DNA of 42,543 bases. It comes from Candidatus Rariloculus versatilis (GTDB lineage Bacteria > Pseudomonadota > Gammaproteobacteria > Steroidobacterales > Rariloculaceae). Location: positions 23,566 to 66,108 of the forward strand of contig JAQAJI010000013.1 in NCBI GenBank assembly GCA_028278665.1, in the 5' to 3' direction. Shown in pieces: positions 37,186-42,543 of this stretch. Numbering within the stretch: the first letter of the stretch is position 1; each line of letters starts with the position of its first letter. A model generated the notes under the pieces. It saw nothing but the letters and a program-made list of their open reading frames with translations, did not search any database and was not told where the DNA came from. Position numbers and translations under genes: made by a program.

Positions 37186-37434
37186 TCAGTCCTCGCCGGC
37201 CGCCGCCTCGAAGGGTTCCGGTTCCGCGTCCGCACTGGACTTGAGCAGGATCTCGACCTTCTGTTCGGCTTCCTTGAGCGTCGTCTGGCATCGCCGCGTC
37301 AGCTTCACACCGCGCTCAAACTCCTTGAGCGCCTGTTCGAGCGAGAGTTCGCCGCTTTCGAGGTTCGCGACCACGGCCTCGAGTTGTTCGAGCGACTTCT
37401 CAAGTTGCGAAAGATTGTCGGTCTGTTCGGGCAT
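37186..37434 (-). CDS. xseB: Exodeoxyribonuclease VII small subunit
   Basis: [46 protein letters not shown]. Confidence 0.93.
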   Translation of the reverse strand: MPEQTDNLSQLEKSLEQLEAVVANLESGELSLEQALKEFERGVKLTRRCQTTLKEAEQKVEILLKSSADAEPEPFEAAAGED

Positions 37435-37501
37435 GTGAATTGCGCAACATGGCAGTAGCGCCACTATACGGGAACGACCGGCGCTTCCGGACCCCGGGAG
37501 C

Positions 37502-37528
37502 CGCGAATTCCTGCGGCGCAGGTTCCTG
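37502..37528 (+). repeat. Half copy (right arm) of the ~70-bp palindromic repeat
   Basis: CGCGAATTCCTGCGGCGCAGGTTCCTG, with internal hairpin CCTGC-GGC-GCAGG. Confidence 0.65.
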
Positions 37529-37574
37529 GGCCGCGCATGTTGTGTCGACGCGCTCTGAAACTGTTCCCTACGGA

Positions 37575-39815
<2,241 letters not shown>

Positions 39816-39912
39816 TCAAGCGTAGGCATACATTCCCGCTCTTCGCGCGTTCGCGTCAGCCCGCGCGGATGTCTCTCTCGCGAAGACACCCCAGGGACGC
39901 TGTGGGGGGACG

Positions 39913-39941
39913 GTTATATGATGCTGCATTGAGTTGGTCAA
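39913..39941 (-). promoter_or_regulatory. Putative sigma70 promoter for katG
   Basis: Minus strand TTGACC (39941-39936), 17-nt spacer, TATAAC (39918-39913). The last T of the -10 box is missing. Confidence 0.45.
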
Positions 39942-40111
39942 TAGCGCCCGATTGTATCGGCGGGCCCCCGCAAACAAAGAGCCGCTCCGCGCCGATTTCG
40001 ATCGAGGCCTTCTTTCGGGTTTCGCCCGGCCGAACTCCCGGCCAAAACAGTTACAATCGTCGTACTCCGACGGGATCCGGCTTGCGGCCGCCGGAACGCG
40101 GAGTGTCATCG

Positions 40112-41998
40112 ATGAGCAAGAGTTACCGCGCTGCAGACATCGAAGTCCTTAGCGGGCTGGAGCCCGTGCGCCGGCGACCCGGCATGTACACCGACACGTC
40201 GCGGCCGAATCATCTTGTCCACGAAGTCGTCGACAACAGCGTCGACGAAGCCATCGAAGGCTACGCGAAAAAGATCTGCGTGCGCCTTTTCAGCGACGGC
40301 TCGCTCGAGGTCGAGGACGACGGGCGCGGCATGCCCGTCGACATGCACCCGAAAGAAAACATGCCCGGGGTCGAGTTGATCCTCACGAAGCTGCACTCCG
40401 GCGGCAAGTTCTCGAACAAGAACTACCGCTTCTCGGGCGGGTTGCACGGTGTGGGCGTGTCGGTCGTCAACGCGCTGTCGAGGAACCTCGAAGTCTGGAT
40501 CAAGCGCGACGGCGCCGAATACAACATGAGCTTCGTCAACGGCCGCCGCCAGGGCGCGCTCGAGACAGTGGGAAAGGTCGGCAAGGCCAACACGGGAACC
40601 ACGATCCGTTTCTGGCCCGATCCGCAGTACTTCGATTCGTCGGCATTTTCGCTTTCCCGGCTCAGGCACATGCTCAAGGCCAAGGCCGTGCTCTGTCCGG
40701 GTCTCGAGGTCTCGCTCGAGAACGAGAAAACCGGATCCATCGAGACCTGGCTCTACGACGGGGGCCTGGAGCAGTACCTGAAGGAGAGCCTCGCGGCGGG
40801 CCAATGGCTGCCTGAGGACGCGTTCTCCGGGAATCTGCAGGGCAAGCGCGAGGCGCTCGACTGGGCACTCGTCTGGCGGCTTGACGATGAGCCCGGCGTC
40901 ACGGAGAGTTACGTCAACCTGATTCCCACACCCCAGGGCGGCACCCATGTCAATGGCTTGCGCTCGGGGCTCACCGAAGCGCTGCGCGAGTTCTGCGACT
41001 TTCGCGGCCTGCTGCCGCGCGGCCTGAAGCTCGCGCCCGAAGATGTCTGGGACGGCGTGAGCTTCATCCTGTCGGTAAAGATGGAGGATCCGCAGTTCGC
41101 GGGTCAGACCAAGGAGCGGCTCGGCTCGCGCCAATGTGCGACTTTCGTCGCGGGCGTCATCAAGGACAACTTCGCGATCTGGCTGAACCAGCACCCGGAA
41201 TCCGGGGACGAGATCGCTGCAGGGGCGATCGCAAGGGCGCAGCAGCGCGTCAAGGCGGCAAAAAAGGTCGTGCGCAAGCGCGTCGTGTCGGGTCCGGCGC
41301 TGCCCGGCAAGCTTGCCGACTGCACGCTGCAGGAGCCCGCCCTGACGGAACTGTTTCTCGTTGAGGGCGATTCCGCGGGCGGGTCGGCAAAACAGGCCCG
41401 CGATCGCGAACGCCAGGCCGTGATGCCCCTGCGCGGCAAGATCCTCAACACCTGGGAAGTCGATACGGCGGAGCTGCTCGCCTCCCAAGAGGTCCACAAC
41501 ATCAGCGTCGCACTCGGCGTGGACCCGGCAACGGGCCGGCTCGACGGCTTGCGCTACCACAAGATCTGCATCCTGGCCGATGCCGATTCCGACGGCCTGC
41601 ACATCGCGACGTTGCTGTGTGCGTTGTTCCTGCGGCATTTCCGCTCGCTCGTCGAGGCGGGCCACGTGTTCGTGGCCATGCCGCCGCTGTATCGGATCGA
41701 TGCCGGCAAGGACGTCCGCTACGCCCTCGACGACGCCGAGCGCGACGTGATCGTCAGCAGGATGGAGGCTGAGAGGAAGCGCGCCGCCGTGACGGTCACA
41801 CGTTTCAAGGGGCTCGGAGAGATGGATCCGACCCAGCTCCGCGAGACCACGATGGCCGCCGAGACCCGGCGGCTCGTGCAGCTTACCCTCGAGGGCGAAG
41901 ACGATCCGGTGCAGCTCATGGACATGCTGCTCGCGAAGAAGCGCGCCCCGGACCGGCGCCAGTGGCTGCAGGAGAAGGGCAATCTCGCGGAAATCTGA
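40112..41998 (+). CDS. parE: DNA topoisomerase IV subunit B
   Basis: LEPVRRRPGMY, EVVDNSVDE, GGLHGVGVSVVNALS, VEGDSAGGS, PLRGKILN, DADSDG, RFKGLGEM. GGAG RBS before ATG 40112. Confidence 0.96.
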   Translation: MSKSYRAADIEVLSGLEPVRRRPGMYTDTSRPNHLVHEVVDNSVDEAIEGYAKKICVRLFSDGSLEVEDDGRGMPVDMHPKENMPGVELILTKLHSGGKFSNKNYRFSGGLHGVGVSVVNALSRNLEVWIKRDGAEYNMSFVNGRRQGALETVGKVGKANTGTTIRFWPDPQYFDSSAFSLSRLRHMLKAKAVLCPGLEVSLENEKTGSIETWLYDGGLEQYLKESLAAGQWLPEDAFSGNLQGKREALDWALVWRLDDEPGVTESYVNLIPTPQGGTHVNGLRSGLTEALREFCDFRGLLPRGLKLAPEDVWDGVSFILSVKMEDPQFAGQTKERLGSRQCATFVAGVIKDNFAIWLNQHPESGDEIAAGAIARAQQRVKAAKKVVRKRVVSGPALPGKLADCTLQEPALTELFLVEGDSAGGSAKQARDRERQAVMPLRGKILNTWEVDTAELLASQEVHNISVALGVDPATGRLDGLRYHKICILADADSDGLHIATLLCALFLRHFRSLVEAGHVFVAMPPLYRIDAGKDVRYALDDAERDVIVSRMEAERKRAAVTVTRFKGLGEMDPTQLRETTMAAETRRLVQLTLEGEDDPVQLMDMLLAKKRAPDRRQWLQEKGNLAEI

Positions 41999-42154
41999 TG
42001 CGGCAGGGCGTTCGCGCGGCGCCGACGGCGTCGGGCCATCCGCCGCGCTGGCAATCGCCGCAGCCGATCCGGCGTCCGCGGCGAGGCGGTCGCCCGTCCC
42101 ATGCGGGCAAGCCCGTGGCACGGGCCGCGGCACAACACAACTGAGGCAGCGATC

Positions 42155-42543
42155 ATGAAGGTGCAGGAGCTCAACTTCGACGGCATCGAGCGCGTACCGA
42201 TGGCGAGGTTTACCGAGAAGGCCTACCTCGACTATTCGATGTACGTCATTCTCGACCGCGCGCTGCCGCACATCGGCGACGGTCTGAAGCCCGTGCAGCG
42301 GCGCATCGTCTACGCGATGAGCGACCTCGGGCTGTCGTCGGGCTCAAAGCCCAAGAAGGCGGCGCGCACGGTCGGCGACGTGCTCGGCAAGTTTCATCCG
42401 CACGGCGATTCGGCGTGCTACGAGGCCATGGTGCACATGGCGCAGCCGTTCAGCTACCGCTACCCGATCGTCGACGGGCATGGCAACTGGGGTTCGCAGG
42501 ACGATCCGAAGTCGTTCGCCGCGATGCGCTATACCGAGGCGCG
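42155..42543 (+). CDS. parC: DNA topoisomerase IV subunit A (5' part; truncated by window)
   Basis: Manual translation: [32 protein letters not shown]...[14 protein letters not shown]...AAMRYTEA. Absent from the ORF track because there is no stop in the window. Confidence 0.95.
   Translation, partial: MKVQELNFDGIERVPMARFTEKAYLDYSMYVILDRALPHIGDGLKPVQRRIVYAMSDLGLSSGSKPKKAARTVGDVLGKFHPHGDSACYEAMVHMAQPFSYRYPIVDGHGNWGSQDDPKSFAAMRYTEA

Noticed and set aside
39935-39960. OxyR box upstream of katG
   Set aside because: ATAG/CTAT-like half sites are present, but the spacing does not match ATAG-N7-CTAT.
42380-42430. Quinolone-resistance substitution in ParC
   Set aside because: [10 protein letters not shown] keeps the wild-type Ser and Glu.

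Overview
GC-rich bacterial DNA, most likely from a gammaproteobacterium, judged from the glyA-nrdR-ribD-ribC-ribB-ribH-nusB-thiL-pgpA block, ettA and parE/parC. Most of the window is housekeeping: bioD/bioF/bioA with a phosphomannomutase inside the cluster, divergent ilvB/ilvN, proBA, ettA, an HDAC/AcuC-family deacetylase, the rib-nusB-thiL-pgpA operon, xseB, katG, parE and a partial parC. The best candidate for an undescribed system is the co-oriented cluster at about 1-10531. It encodes a Ser/Thr kinase, a membrane-anchored TPR/PEGA protein, an FHA-like/TM/PEGA/FGE-sulfatase protein, a small exported peptide ending FPVDI, a MotA/TolQ/ExbB-type channel (frameshifted here), a degenerate Hsp70-fold + FHA protein, two proteins with an ExbD/MotB-like Asp-bearing helix fused to vWA domains, and an OmpA protein. 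Together these look like a phospho-regulated, proton-driven envelope machine. Other notable items: a transmembrane STAND/AAA_35 NTPase with P-domain and WD40 sensor regions; a small exported protein with two TonB-box-like motifs and no barrel; a GlyA with altered folate-site residues; a 249-bp CTAG-ended MITE; and a ~70-bp palindromic repeat family. All calls come from reading motifs by eye. No searches were run.
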